From Bacilli bacterium (GTDB taxonomy: Bacteria > Bacillota_I > Bacilli_A > RF39 > UBA660), in assembly GCA_017510225.1 (NCBI GenBank), contig JAFWNS010000043.1:1-62144 (forward strand): a DNA stretch of 62,144 bases. The letters are read 5' to 3'. The position numbers and the translations under genes are program-made. This document shows positions 1-8,635 of the stretch, piece after piece. The notes beneath the pieces are model-generated. The model was not told where the DNA came from, did no database searches, and worked only from the letters and a program-made list of their open reading frames with translations. Each line of letters starts with the position of its first letter. Within the stretch, counting starts at the first letter, position 1.

Positions 1-7
1 AAAAAAA

Positions 8-83
8 TGGTGCCGAAACCAGGACTTGAACCCGGAACCTACTGATTACAAATCAGTTGCTCTACCAATTGAGCTATTTCGGC
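8..83 (-). tRNA. tRNA-Thr (anticodon UGU), CCA encoded
   Basis: The reverse complement folds as a cloverleaf. Acceptor GCCGAAA pairs with TTTCGGC, followed by A-CCA. The anticodon stem is ACTGA/TCAGT with loop TTTGTAA, and a GGTTCAAGTCC T-arm is present. Confidence 0.85.
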
Positions 84-87
84 ATAA

Positions 88-164
88 TGGTGGACGATAT
101 AGGACTCGAACCTATGACCCCCTGCTTGTAAGGCAGGTGCTCTAACCAACTGAGCTAATCGTCC
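88..164 (-). tRNA. tRNA-Val (anticodon UAC), CCA encoded
   Basis: The reverse complement reads GGACGATTAGCTCAGTTGGTTAGAGCA...CCTGC-CTTACAA-GCAGG...GGTTCGAGTCC...ATCGTCC-A-CCA. Acceptor pairing is complete and the anticodon is TAC. Confidence 0.85.
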
Positions 165-187
165 GTACAAACCAATTGACAGTATTA

Positions 188-216
188 AATATACCAATTT
201 ATACGTATTTTGTCAA
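188..216 (-). promoter_or_regulatory. Sigma-A-type promoter for the tRNA-Val/tRNA-Thr pair
   Basis: The minus strand reads TTGACA, a 17 nt spacer, then TGgTATATT (extended -10). It lies about 25 nt upstream of the tRNA-Val 5' end. Confidence 0.5.
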
Positions 217-254
217 CACTATCAATGACTTTTTTTTATTTTTTACAGTTGGCA

Positions 255-620
255 TTATTCACTTATTTTTTCTAGTTCTTTATCCTTTTCTTCTATCCAT
301 TCTGGCAACTTTTTTTCCAATGTAGAAAACCCTAATTTTGTTTCTTTAATTTTATTTTTATTTTTTCTATTTAAACGATAATCTAAATCTTTAATACTTA
401 ATTTAACTTGAAAAGAATCAAGGTCTTCATCTTCTATTACTTTAGATTTAATTGTTTCACCTATTTTAACATAATCTGCAGGATTTCTAACAAATGAATC
501 AGATATTTCTGATATATGAATTAAACCACTATTATAATCATCTAATCCAACAAAAATCCCATATTTTTCTATTCCAGTAACTACACCAGTTACTACATCT
601 CCTTTTTTATACCTAGTCAT
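255..620 (-). CDS. S1 RNA-binding domain protein (general stress protein 13 / YabR-like)
   Basis: S1 OB-fold signature GDVVTGVVTGIEKYGIFVGL...GLIHISEIS. I chose the start at the internal ATG because it is preceded by GAAGGTG. Confidence 0.8.
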   Translation of the reverse strand: MTRYKKGDVVTGVVTGIEKYGIFVGLDDYNSGLIHISEISDSFVRNPADYVKIGETIKSKVIEDEDLDSFQVKLSIKDLDYRLNRKNKNKIKETKLGFSTLEKKLPEWIEEKDKELEKISE

Positions 621-717
621 ACTAACACCTTCTTGCATAATTATAACATTAAAAGCTAATTATCACAAATACTTTACTAAAATAAATAAAAAAGTTATAA
701 TGATATTGGTGATATAT

Positions 718-951
718 ATGGCTGAAAACATCGAATTAAAAATCATATCATTAATTGATAAAATAAGACCATTTATTGTAAATGATGGTGGAAATATTGA
801 ATTTGTAAAATATGAAGATAACATCGTTTATGTAAGAATGTCTGGAGCATGTGCTGATTGCCAAATGTTAGATGTCACACTAAGTGATGGAATTGAAGAA
901 TTATTAAAAAATGAAATACCTGAAATTAAAGAAGTTAAAAACATTTCATAA
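718..951 (+). CDS. NifU-like (Nfu/YutI-type) Fe-S cluster scaffold/carrier protein
   Basis: Nfu C-terminal domain pattern GGNIEFV...VYVRMSGACADCQ (CxxC). I placed the start at MAEN, which follows GGTGA. Confidence 0.8.
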   Translation: MAENIELKIISLIDKIRPFIVNDGGNIEFVKYEDNIVYVRMSGACADCQMLDVTLSDGIEELLKNEIPEIKEVKNIS

Positions 952-1578
952 TTATAACCAATCAATTTTTGGGATTTCAACAAATTTAGAAATTTCACTA
1001 TGAATTAAATTTAAATAATTTTCATATTCTATAGTTCTATTTACAATAGAAACTATTTTTTTTTGATCTAATTTATTAATAATTATTTCATCATATAAAT
1101 CAAAATAAAAACATGGAAATAACAACCTACCATAAATCAATATATAATCATTTCTACTTAAATTAAGTTCTTTAAAAAATTTATTGAAATTAAAATCTAA
1201 ATACTTATTATTAAAAAATATATATTTTAAATATTGACTAATATCTCTAGCTCTATAATCAAGAATTAAATTAGTTGGATTATAATAATTTTTTTCTTTA
1301 ATTCTTTTATGACTAATAACTAAAGGCATATAACTATCATAAAAATTATATCTAATATATGAAATAGCATTTTCTGCTAATCCCAAATAATAATTAAAAC
1401 TTTCTAAAATATAATTATAGTTTTTAATATGTAATTGCTGATATTCGTAATAATCAAGTTTATTACTCCATAAAGATATCCAATTAGATCTATCCAAATC
1501 TTTATCGTAACTATAAACTACATACTTATTATTAACAATATCATCATAAATATCCATATAATTTTTCATATTAATCAC
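952..1578 (-). CDS. Hypothetical protein, possibly a degenerate CotS/YutH-like spore-coat pseudokinase
   Basis: There is a weak kinase-like remnant (VISHKRI...LILDYRARDISQYL). It sits next to yutI/yutD/yunB homologues, as yutH does in Bacillus subtilis. The protein is Asn/Tyr-rich. Confidence 0.35.
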   Translation of the reverse strand: MINMKNYMDIYDDIVNNKYVVYSYDKDLDRSNWISLWSNKLDYYEYQQLHIKNYNYILESFNYYLGLAENAISYIRYNFYDSYMPLVISHKRIKEKNYYNPTNLILDYRARDISQYLKYIFFNNKYLDFNFNKFFKELNLSRNDYILIYGRLLFPCFYFDLYDEIIINKLDQKKIVSIVNRTIEYENYLNLIHSEISKFVEIPKIDWL

Positions 1579-1593
1579 TCAATAAATTCTATG

Positions 1594-1621
1594 CAAAAAA
1601 AAAGAGAAAATACTTTCTCTT
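1594..1621 (-). terminator. Intrinsic terminator after the acidic repeat protein gene
   Basis: Stem AGAGAAA/TTTCTCT with a 4-nt loop, followed on the minus strand by a run of about 9 U. Confidence 0.6.
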
Positions 1622-1625
1622 CTAA

Positions 1626-2825
1626 TTAAAAGTTAACTGAAATATCAGAGTTAGAATTCATAATATTAGAAATTGCTGTTGTAAACTCTTCAGCTTTTCT
1701 TGCTCTTTCTAAATTTTCTTCCTCTATTTTCTTACTCCTATCAAGTTCTTCTTTTATTTCAGATTTATATTTAATGAAATCAGCCTTTGCTTTTTCTTTT
1801 TCTTGTTCTTTTTCTGTTGCTAATTTCTCTGCAGATGCAGTTTTTCTATCTTGTTCATCTTTCTTTGCTTTAAGTTCTTTAACTTCACTTAGCAAACTAT
1901 CTAATTCGACTGAACTAACTTCACCTGCTTTATTATCATCTATAGAATATGAAACTACATCATCTTTAGTATCAGTATCTATTTTATCAAAATTGATATC
2001 TTCAAAACTAAATAATCCATTATCTATATCACTGTTATCAGGAGTTTGATTAATATCAGCATCTGTACTTTCATCTGCAGTATTATCAAAATCAATAGAT
2101 ACTTCTTCATCTTTAGTATCATTATTATCTCCATAAGAGAATGAAATATCATCAGTATCAACTACAGTATTATTAACTTCTTCTGGAGAAATAACAATAT
2201 CTTCTTCTGCTGGTTGAGTAAAATCTATTTGATCAAAAGCATCTTTAACTGCTTGATTATTCTCTTCAACAGCAGTATCAGTTTTAATACTATCTACTGC
2301 AGGAGTACTAAAATCTATTTTATCAAATGCATCTTTAACTGCTTGCTTAATTTCTTCTTCATCAATTGAATCAACACCATCCACTACTGGAGCTTCTTCT
2401 GGAACATCAACTGGAGCAGCCACAGATTTATTAACATTACTATTTATATTATTAAACATTTCTTGGCTTATAGCTAAAACTCTTCTTTTAAGTGTTGGTA
2501 AAGCTCCCCAATTAGTATCTACTAATACAATTAATCCTGATAAAGTACTAACACCAACTGGTAGTTTATTAATTACACTTTCAACTGGTGCCTCAACAGC
2601 ACTATCAGTATTTTCTACACCAACAACTGGCTCTACTGGAGCAACAAAATTGTTTTCCTCAACTGGAGTTGGTTGTACAGGAACTTCTACGTTAGTTGGA
2701 ACAGCAGAAACTGCTTTCCATTTACCAAAAACATTAGCAAAAGAAACTTGCCTTAATTTAATTTTTCGTGATTGACTAGCTAAAGTATAACCAGAATCAC
2801 TTAACCCTTTTAATTCATAATTCAT
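1626..2825 (-). CDS. Acidic, low-complexity protein with internal repeats and a coiled-coil C-terminus (unknown function)
   Basis: Long ORF with AGGGGG 10 nt upstream of the ATG at 2825. It has a D/E/V/P-rich centre, the duplicated motif QAVKDAFD(K/Q)IDF, and a K/E-rich C-terminal helix. Confidence 0.6.
   Translation of the reverse strand: MNYELKGLSDSGYTLASQSRKIKLRQVSFANVFGKWKAVSAVPTNVEVPVQPTPVEENNFVAPVEPVVGVENTDSAVEAPVESVINKLPVGVSTLSGLIVLVDTNWGALPTLKRRVLAISQEMFNNINSNVNKSVAAPVDVPEEAPVVDGVDSIDEEEIKQAVKDAFDKIDFSTPAVDSIKTDTAVEENNQAVKDAFDQIDFTQPAEEDIVISPEEVNNTVVDTDDISFSYGDNNDTKDEEVSIDFDNTADESTDADINQTPDNSDIDNGLFSFEDINFDKIDTDTKDDVVSYSIDDNKAGEVSSVELDSLLSEVKELKAKKDEQDRKTASAEKLATEKEQEKEKAKADFIKYKSEIKEELDRSKKIEEENLERARKAEEFTTAISNIMNSNSDISVNF
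2221..2345 (-). repeat. Intragenic direct repeat (35 nt, 2 mismatches, 90 nt period)
   Basis: 2221-2255 (aaatctatttgatcaaaagcatctttaactgcttg) matches 2311-2345 (aaatctattttatcaaatgcatctttaactgcttg). Both encode QAVKDAFDxIDF. Confidence 0.85.
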
Positions 2826-2843
2826 ATCACACAAGCCCCCTAA

Positions 2844-3113
2844 CTATTCAGCCTTTGAAAGCTCACGTAATACATCTTTTACTCTGTTCCATTCATCTTC
2901 ATCATCAACACCTAAAAGTTTAGCTTCTCCTGAAGAACGATCTACATTTGATACATATACTGTAACGTTATCATTTTCATCTTTTTCATTTTTAGTATAA
3001 ACAACATATTCTTTACCAGTATCCTTGAATTCAAAAGCTAAAACTACGCTAACTTCTTCTCTGGAACCATCTTCTTTAACAATTGTCATTACTTTAGTTT
3101 CATTATTTTCCAT
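2844..3113 (-). CDS. DUF1292 (UPF0473) family protein
   Basis: Typical small acidic pattern: EDGSREEV.VVLAFEF..TGKEYVVYT...V.VY, then a C-terminal DDEDEW...V. Confidence 0.7.
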   Translation of the reverse strand: MENNETKVMTIVKEDGSREEVSVVLAFEFKDTGKEYVVYTKNEKDENDNVTVYVSNVDRSSGEAKLLGVDDEDEWNRVKDVLRELSKAE

Positions 3114-3177
3114 ATTTATATCCTCCCTTATTATTCATATAATACAATTTTACCATAAATTAAAATAATTACAAGTA

Positions 3178-3459
3178 TTAATCTACTTTTTTTAATAAGA
3201 AAGTTTTGCACCCAAAACTACAATAATTCTTTTTATAATCTTCTAAATTATCTATGTTATTAATTTCTTTAACTTTTGGATTTTTTTTATCTAAAAATCC
3301 CTTTAATCTAACTTTATCATATGAATAATCACCAAAAATATAGTCAAAAGAACTAAAATAATCAATATCCTTTAATTTTTCCACTATTTCATCAAGATCA
3401 AAACAATCATCATCTTTAACCAACTCATATTCTATTTCATTTATTTTGACTTTTTTCAT
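3178..3459 (-). CDS. YutD-like protein (DUF1027)
   Basis: About 90 aa with a YIFGDYSYDKVRLKGF motif like the YutD family. Synteny with yunB and yutI homologues supports the call. Confidence 0.55.
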   Translation of the reverse strand: MKKVKINEIEYELVKDDDCFDLDEIVEKLKDIDYFSSFDYIFGDYSYDKVRLKGFLDKKNPKVKEINNIDNLEDYKKNYCSFGCKTFLLKKVD

Positions 3460-3493
3460 ATATACACCTCTTATATATTTTAGTATATCATAG

Positions 3494-4216
3494 TTACTTA
3501 CTTTTTGGTAAAGAAATAATATTAGAATCTTGAGTTAAAACACCTCCATAATATTTAGGTACTACCCCTTGTATTATTTTAACAGTAAGTGGAGAATCTA
3601 TTTTAATAATAGTATTCTTAGACATTTTAGGCATAGATATTTGTTCTTTTATTTCTACATGTAAATATATTTCTACATATAAATTATTAATACCATAATT
3701 TCTTATTCTAGTCTTTAAATTACAATTAACTTGTCCCAAAAAAGACATCTTTATAGGTATAACAGGTCCTATATTAGTTAAAAAACCATTATTACTTAAT
3801 GATCCAATTGGTATTTCACATACTACTCCACTTTTTATATAATGAAATCTATTACCTCTAAACATATCAGATATCATAAATTTATCTAACTTACCATCTT
3901 CTAATAAAATAAGTTTATTTTGAATCATATTAGAAGTTTTATTTAATAATAAATTAACTTTTTTAGTATTATAATCTATTATTTCAACTTCTCCCTTACT
4001 ATTCTTTTCTAAAACAAATAAATCTTTATCTAACTCTCTAGATAACAATTCATTTATACTACCATCTACAACATTAGAAGTAATTCTCTCTACTTCTAAA
4101 TTTAAATACTTATATAAAATTGGATTAATCTTTACACTAAATATTTGTACTAAAAAAAAAGATATTAAAAACACAGATAATAGTAAATAAAAACTTTTTA
4201 TTAAATACTTCTTCAT
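3494..4216 (-). CDS. yunB: Sporulation protein YunB-like
   Basis: N-terminal TM anchor and a length of about 240 aa. It makes a 4-nt overlap operon with ylmC downstream of sigG, a context typical of forespore genes. Confidence 0.55.
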   Translation of the reverse strand: MKKYLIKSFYLLLSVFLISFFLVQIFSVKINPILYKYLNLEVERITSNVVDGSINELLSRELDKDLFVLEKNSKGEVEIIDYNTKKVNLLLNKTSNMIQNKLILLEDGKLDKFMISDMFRGNRFHYIKSGVVCEIPIGSLSNNGFLTNIGPVIPIKMSFLGQVNCNLKTRIRNYGINNLYVEIYLHVEIKEQISMPKMSKNTIIKIDSPLTVKIIQGVVPKYYGGVLTQDSNIISLPKSK

Positions 4217-4440
4217 AATCTAGAATTAACTAAAATAACATCCTCTCCTATTTTAGTAATATTCTTCCAAGTTATTTTTGTTTCCCCTTCTCTATTAAAA
4301 GAAAACATAGTCTTATTAGCTTCTATTATTAAATACTCTATTACTCCTTCAGGACTAATATCAACATCAATTATATTACCTATATTTTTACCATCAACAA
4401 CATTTACTATATGTTTATTTTGTAAATCAGATAAACGCAT
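4213..4440 (-). CDS. YlmC/YmxH family sporulation protein (PRC-barrel)
   Basis: MRLSDL..K.IVNV.DGKNIG.I.DVDI is the canonical YlmC/YmxH N-terminus. The protein is 75 aa. Confidence 0.75.
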   Translation of the reverse strand: MRLSDLQNKHIVNVVDGKNIGNIIDVDISPEGVIEYLIIEANKTMFSFNREGETKITWKNITKIGEDVILVNSRL

Positions 4441-4467
4441 AATATCACCTAATAAATTATATGCATA

Positions 4468-5259
4468 TTATTTTAAAACTTTCTTTAACTGTTTTATAGC
4501 TCCTTTTTCTATTCTAGATACTTGAGCTTGACTAATACATAATTCATCAGCTATTTCCATTTGTGTTTTTCCTATTATAAATCTTTCATCTAAAATATAT
4601 TTTTCTCTACTATCTAGTTTACTAATAGCTTCTTCTATCGCAATCCTATTAGAAAAAATTTCACTATTTTCTTTCTTATCTTCTAATTGATCAGCTAAAT
4701 ATATAGTATCTCCTCCATCAGAATATATTGGTTCAAACATACTAATAGGTTCTCTTAAAGACTCTAATGAATTAACTATATCAAATGGTTTTAAATCTAA
4801 GTAATTAGCTATTTCTTCTATAGTTGCTTCTCTTCCGTTTTTTAATAAATATTCTTCTTTATATTTTAAACTTCTATAAGCAATATCTTTTAAAGATCTA
4901 CTAACTCTAATACTATTATTATCTCTTAAATATCTCCTAACTTCACCTAATATCATAGGAACAGCATAAGTAGAAAACTTAACATCATGTTCTAAACTAA
5001 AATTATCTATTGCTTTTAATAATCCTACACAACCTATTTGAAATAAATCATCCATATTCTCTCCACGATTATTAAATCTTTTTAATATAGATAAAACTAA
5101 TTTTAAATTACCTTCTACTAACAAATCCCTAGCAAATAAATCACCTTCATGCATTTTCTTAAATAAAACTTTCATTTCTTTATTACTAAGTACTTTTATA
5201 TTATTAGTATCAATACCACTTATTTCTACTTTATATTTTGCGATATAAATCCCTCCCAA
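4468..5259 (-). CDS. sigG: Sporulation sigma factor SigG (SigF/SigG group)
   Basis: Close match by eye to the SigG pattern KVEI.G.DT...VL...E...LF..M..GD..AR..LV.GNL.LVLS...RFNNRGE..DDLFQ.GC.GL.K.IDNF...VKFSTYAVPMI.GE.RRYLRDNN.IRVSRS. The start is uncertain: the only canonical in-frame start (TTG at 5259) sits inside the best SD, GGGAGGG. Confidence 0.85.
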   Translation of the reverse strand: MGGIYIAKYKVEISGIDTNNIKVLSNKEMKVLFKKMHEGDLFARDLLVEGNLKLVLSILKRFNNRGENMDDLFQIGCVGLLKAIDNFSLEHDVKFSTYAVPMILGEVRRYLRDNNSIRVSRSLKDIAYRSLKYKEEYLLKNGREATIEEIANYLDLKPFDIVNSLESLREPISMFEPIYSDGGDTIYLADQLEDKKENSEIFSNRIAIEEAISKLDSREKYILDERFIIGKTQMEIADELCISQAQVSRIEKGAIKQLKKVLK

Positions 5260-5301
5260 TTAAATATTGAAGAAATTTATATTTTCTTATACAAAAAAAG
5301 A

Positions 5302-5808
5302 TTACTTTTCTAAGTAATCTTTACCTTTATGTGGTTCTTCTTTTAATAAGTCATTATAATCTTGTTGTCTTAAAGCTTCATATATAACAATAGCTACACT
5401 ATTAGATACATTTAAAGCTCTAACATTATCAGTCATAGGTATTCTCATACAATGATCCAAATCATTCTTTAATATTTCTTTTGGAATACCAGTTGATTCT
5501 TTACCAAATATAAAATATAAATTATTATCTTTATTACTATAATCAAAACTAGTATGTGGTTTTCTACCATATCTTGTAAAGTAATAATAAATACCTTTAT
5601 TCTTACTTACAAAATCATCAAAGTTTTCATATACTTCATAATCCAACTTATCAATATAATTAACACCACTTCTTTTTAAATACTTATCATCTAAAGAAAA
5701 GCCCAAAGGCTTTATTAAATGTAGTTTAGTATTAGTTGCGACACAAGTTCTCATTATATTACCAGTATTTTGTGGTATTTCTGGTTCAAATAATACTATA
5801 TTATTCAT
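5302..5808 (-). CDS. trmL: tRNA (cytidine/uridine-2'-O)-methyltransferase TrmL (SpoU/TrmH family)
   Basis: N-terminal IVLFEPEIPQNTGNI.RTC and C-terminal LNVSN..AIV.YEALRQ SPOUT motifs. Confidence 0.8.
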   Translation of the reverse strand: MNNIVLFEPEIPQNTGNIMRTCVATNTKLHLIKPLGFSLDDKYLKRSGVNYIDKLDYEVYENFDDFVSKNKGIYYYFTRYGRKPHTSFDYSNKDNNLYFIFGKESTGIPKEILKNDLDHCMRIPMTDNVRALNVSNSVAIVIYEALRQQDYNDLLKEEPHKGKDYLEK

Positions 5809-5809
5809 A

Positions 5810-6328
5810 TTATTTTCCTATTTTATTAAGATCTAGAAAACTCTTAGTTTTAGAAATAGTAAGTTTTTCTTTTTCACTACCTTGTAATATATTAGTAACC
5901 TTAGAATCTTCAAATACTACGAATGCTGGATAATTATTAGTTAATTTTTCTTTATATTTATGATTCCTATTAAAATTATTTATAAAACTATCCATATTAG
6001 AATCACTTAAATTAATATAAATTATAGAATTAACTAAATTTTTATCATCAATTAACTTAATAAAATCTTTTTCATAATTACGACATTCGAAACTACTAGC
6101 TGTACACATATAAAGTACTGTAGTTGGATTTTCCATTAAATAAGAATCTATTTCACTTTCTGTTATCTCTGATAAATGCCCTCTAACTACAGGTATTTGT
6201 CTTTGAGATTCATCATATACCTTATAACAATTACATAAATAAATTACTAAAACAATAGATACTAAAAATATTATACCTAAAATAACATAATTCTTTACTG
6301 GAATTTTCTTATCTTCTTTCTTAGTCAT
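5810..6328 (-). CDS. Membrane-anchored hypothetical protein, possibly thioredoxin-fold
   Basis: N-terminal TM helix, then a roughly 130-aa domain carrying CTASSFEC where a thioredoxin CxxC would sit. The assignment is weak. Confidence 0.35.
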   Translation of the reverse strand: MTKKEDKKIPVKNYVILGIIFLVSIVLVIYLCNCYKVYDESQRQIPVVRGHLSEITESEIDSYLMENPTTVLYMCTASSFECRNYEKDFIKLIDDKNLVNSIIYINLSDSNMDSFINNFNRNHKYKEKLTNNYPAFVVFEDSKVTNILQGSEKEKLTISKTKSFLDLNKIGK

Positions 6329-6412
6329 AATATCACATCCTCTATCTATATTTTATCATAAATAATCACTTTTTAATACAAGAAAATAATTAAATAACAT
6401 TTTATTGTCAAT

Positions 6413-6436
6413 AAAAAAGAAGACAAGTCTTCTTTT
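6413..6436 (-). terminator. Intrinsic terminator after the aminopeptidase gene
   Basis: Stem AAAGAAGAC/GTCTTCTTT with a 2-nt loop, overlapping the stop codon. A short U-tract follows. Confidence 0.45.
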
Positions 6437-7808
6437 AGCACTTAGTTAAGAATGTAATATAACCTTTATAAGCTTCATAAATATCTGCTTTTGAAGTTAT
6501 TTCCCATGGTGCATGCATACTTAGAACTGCTACTCCACTATCTATAACTTCTACATTATGATTAGCTAAGATATAAGCAATAGTTCCTCCTCCACCAATA
6601 TCTACTTTACCTAATTCTGCAAATTGATATGAAACATTATCTTCATCTAAAATCTTTCTTAATTTAGCAATATATTCTGCATTAGCATCATTACTACCAC
6701 TCTTTCCTCTAGCTCCTGTAAATTTACAAAAAGCCATACCTTTTCCAAAGAAAGATGAATTTTTCTTCTCCATAACCTCTGCATATAATGGATCATAAGC
6801 AGCATTAACATCACTAGATAACATTTTAGAATTACTTAATACTCTACTAGTAGAAACAGAACTATCATAACCTAATAATAAACATATTTCACTAATGGCA
6901 TTTTCATAAAATTTAGAATGCATTCCAGTAGCACCAACACTACCTATTTCTTCTTTATCTACTAAAATACAACTAATTGTTTTATCAGTACTAGGACAAT
7001 CTAAGAATGAAATTAAAGATGTATAAGCACATACTCTATCATCTTGACCATATCCCATTACCATTGATTTATCTAAGCCAAAGTCTCTTGCCTTACCTGC
7101 AGGTACTACTTCTAATTCTGCAGATAAGAAATCTTCTTCTGTAATATTATATTTTTCTTTTAATATATTTAATATGTTTTTCTTAACAGCTTCTTTTTTA
7201 TCATCTAATGGCTTACTACCAATTAATATATCTAACTTTTCACCTTCAATTACTTTGATAGCTTTCTTCTCCATTTGATCTTGAGCTAAATGAGGAAGTA
7301 AATCAGTTATACCAAATACAGGATCATTATCTTCTTCTCCAATATTTATATCTATTTTTTCTAAATCTTTTTTAACTACTACACCATGTATTGCAAGTGG
7401 TAAAGTAACCCATTGATATTTTTTAATTCCACCATAATAGTGTGTATCAAAATAAGCAAAACCTTCATCTTCATACATAGGATTAGCTTTTAAATCTATT
7501 CTTGGTGAATCAATATGAGCACCTAATATATTCATACCATCTTTAATAATATCTTTACCAATTACAAATAAAGCAACTGCTTTATTCATATTATTAACAT
7601 ATACTTTATCCCCACATTTAATTCTAGTATTAGAATTTACTAAATCATCTAAATTTTTAAAACCATTCTCTTCTACTAAATTAACTATAGTATTTACACA
7701 TTCTCTTTCAGTTTTATTATTTGATAAAAAATCTTTATAACCATCACATACTTTATTTAATTCTTTAATATCTTTTTTAGAATACTTTAACCAACTATTC
7801 TTTTTCAT
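6435..7808 (-). CDS. M18 family aminopeptidase
   Basis: Motifs GAHIDSPRIDLK, DKEEIGS, GGGGTIA and SMHAP.E. I set the start at MKKNSW, preceded by GAGGTG. Confidence 0.8.
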   Translation of the reverse strand: MKKNSWLKYSKKDIKELNKVCDGYKDFLSNNKTERECVNTIVNLVEENGFKNLDDLVNSNTRIKCGDKVYVNNMNKAVALFVIGKDIIKDGMNILGAHIDSPRIDLKANPMYEDEGFAYFDTHYYGGIKKYQWVTLPLAIHGVVVKKDLEKIDINIGEEDNDPVFGITDLLPHLAQDQMEKKAIKVIEGEKLDILIGSKPLDDKKEAVKKNILNILKEKYNITEEDFLSAELEVVPAGKARDFGLDKSMVMGYGQDDRVCAYTSLISFLDCPSTDKTISCILVDKEEIGSVGATGMHSKFYENAISEICLLLGYDSSVSTSRVLSNSKMLSSDVNAAYDPLYAEVMEKKNSSFFGKGMAFCKFTGARGKSGSNDANAEYIAKLRKILDEDNVSYQFAELGKVDIGGGGTIAYILANHNVEVIDSGVAVLSMHAPWEITSKADIYEAYKGYITFLTKC

Positions 7809-7852
7809 ATAATCACCTCTAATAATAGAATAACACATTTTTTCTATTTCAA

Positions 7853-7879
7853 ACAAAAAAAGAGTAAAAATACTCTTTA
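7853..7879 (-). terminator. Intrinsic terminator after rubrerythrin
   Basis: Stem AAAGAGTA/TACTCTTT with an AAAA loop, followed by a U-run on the minus strand. Confidence 0.6.
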
Positions 7880-7883
7880 TTTT

Positions 7884-8423
7884 TTAATAGTTTTCACTCT
7901 TTAATTCAAAATAACTTTGTGGATGTGCACATACTGGACATACTTGTGGAGCTTTCTTACCAACAACAACATGTCCACAGTTACGACAAATCCAAATAGC
8001 ATCTTCATCTTTAGAAAATACTACTTCATCTTCTATATTCTTAAGTAGTTTTTTAAATCTTTCTTCGTGATGTTTTTCAATTTCTCCTACCATTCTAAAC
8101 TTTTGAGCAATATCTTTAAATCCTTCTTCTTCTGCAGTCTTAGCAAACCCATCATACATATCAGTCCACTCATAATTTTCACCTTCTGCAGCAGCTTTTA
8201 AATTTTCAGTAGTAGTTGGAACTTCTCCTCCATTTAATTCTTTAAACCACATTTTAGCATGTTCTTTTTCATTATTAGCTGTCTCCTCAAATAATGCAGC
8301 TATTTGACAATATCCATCTTTCTTAGCCTTACTAGCGAAATAAGTATATTTATTTCTAGCTTGAGATTCTCCTGCAAAAGCAGTCATTAAATTTTGTTCT
8401 GTTTTACTTCCTTTTAATTCCAT
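7884..8423 (-). CDS. rbr: Rubrerythrin
   Basis: Diiron four-helix motifs ([28 protein letters not shown]) plus a C-terminal rubredoxin-like C..C...C..C. Confidence 0.9.
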   Translation of the reverse strand: MELKGSKTEQNLMTAFAGESQARNKYTYFASKAKKDGYCQIAALFEETANNEKEHAKMWFKELNGGEVPTTTENLKAAAEGENYEWTDMYDGFAKTAEEEGFKDIAQKFRMVGEIEKHHEERFKKLLKNIEDEVVFSKDEDAIWICRNCGHVVVGKKAPQVCPVCAHPQSYFELKSENY

Positions 8424-8635
8424 AATTAACCTCCATCTTTAAATATAAAATTATTATAACACAATTTTTCACTAAAAAATACTAAATACATAAAATATTA
8501 TAGGTGATTTAGATGAAAATAAAACATCAACTATTTTGTAGATGTAATTACTGTAAACAAAAAAGAAGATCTAATATCTTCTATTTACTAGGTATTGTAA
8601 TAACATTCATAGTTATAATGTATCAATTATTACTA

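Noticed and set aside
8-164. The tRNA-Thr/tRNA-Val pair as the integration site of the accessory cluster
   Set aside because: The tRNAs are more than 25 kb from the cluster, with intact housekeeping operons in between.
1774-2049. Plus-strand 91-aa ORF
   Set aside because: It lies antisense and entirely inside the acidic repeat protein gene. It is an S/L/F-rich mirror product with no SD.
5736-5933. Plus-strand 65-aa ORF
   Set aside because: It lies antisense across the trmL / 5810-6328 gene junction and has no translation signals.
8445-8459. PerR/Fur-like 7-1-7 box (ATAAAAT-T-ATTATAA) upstream of rubrerythrin
   Set aside because: It matches 12 of 14 positions of TTATAATnATTATAA. The motif consists only of A and T, though, and this genome is extremely AT-rich, so a chance match is likely.
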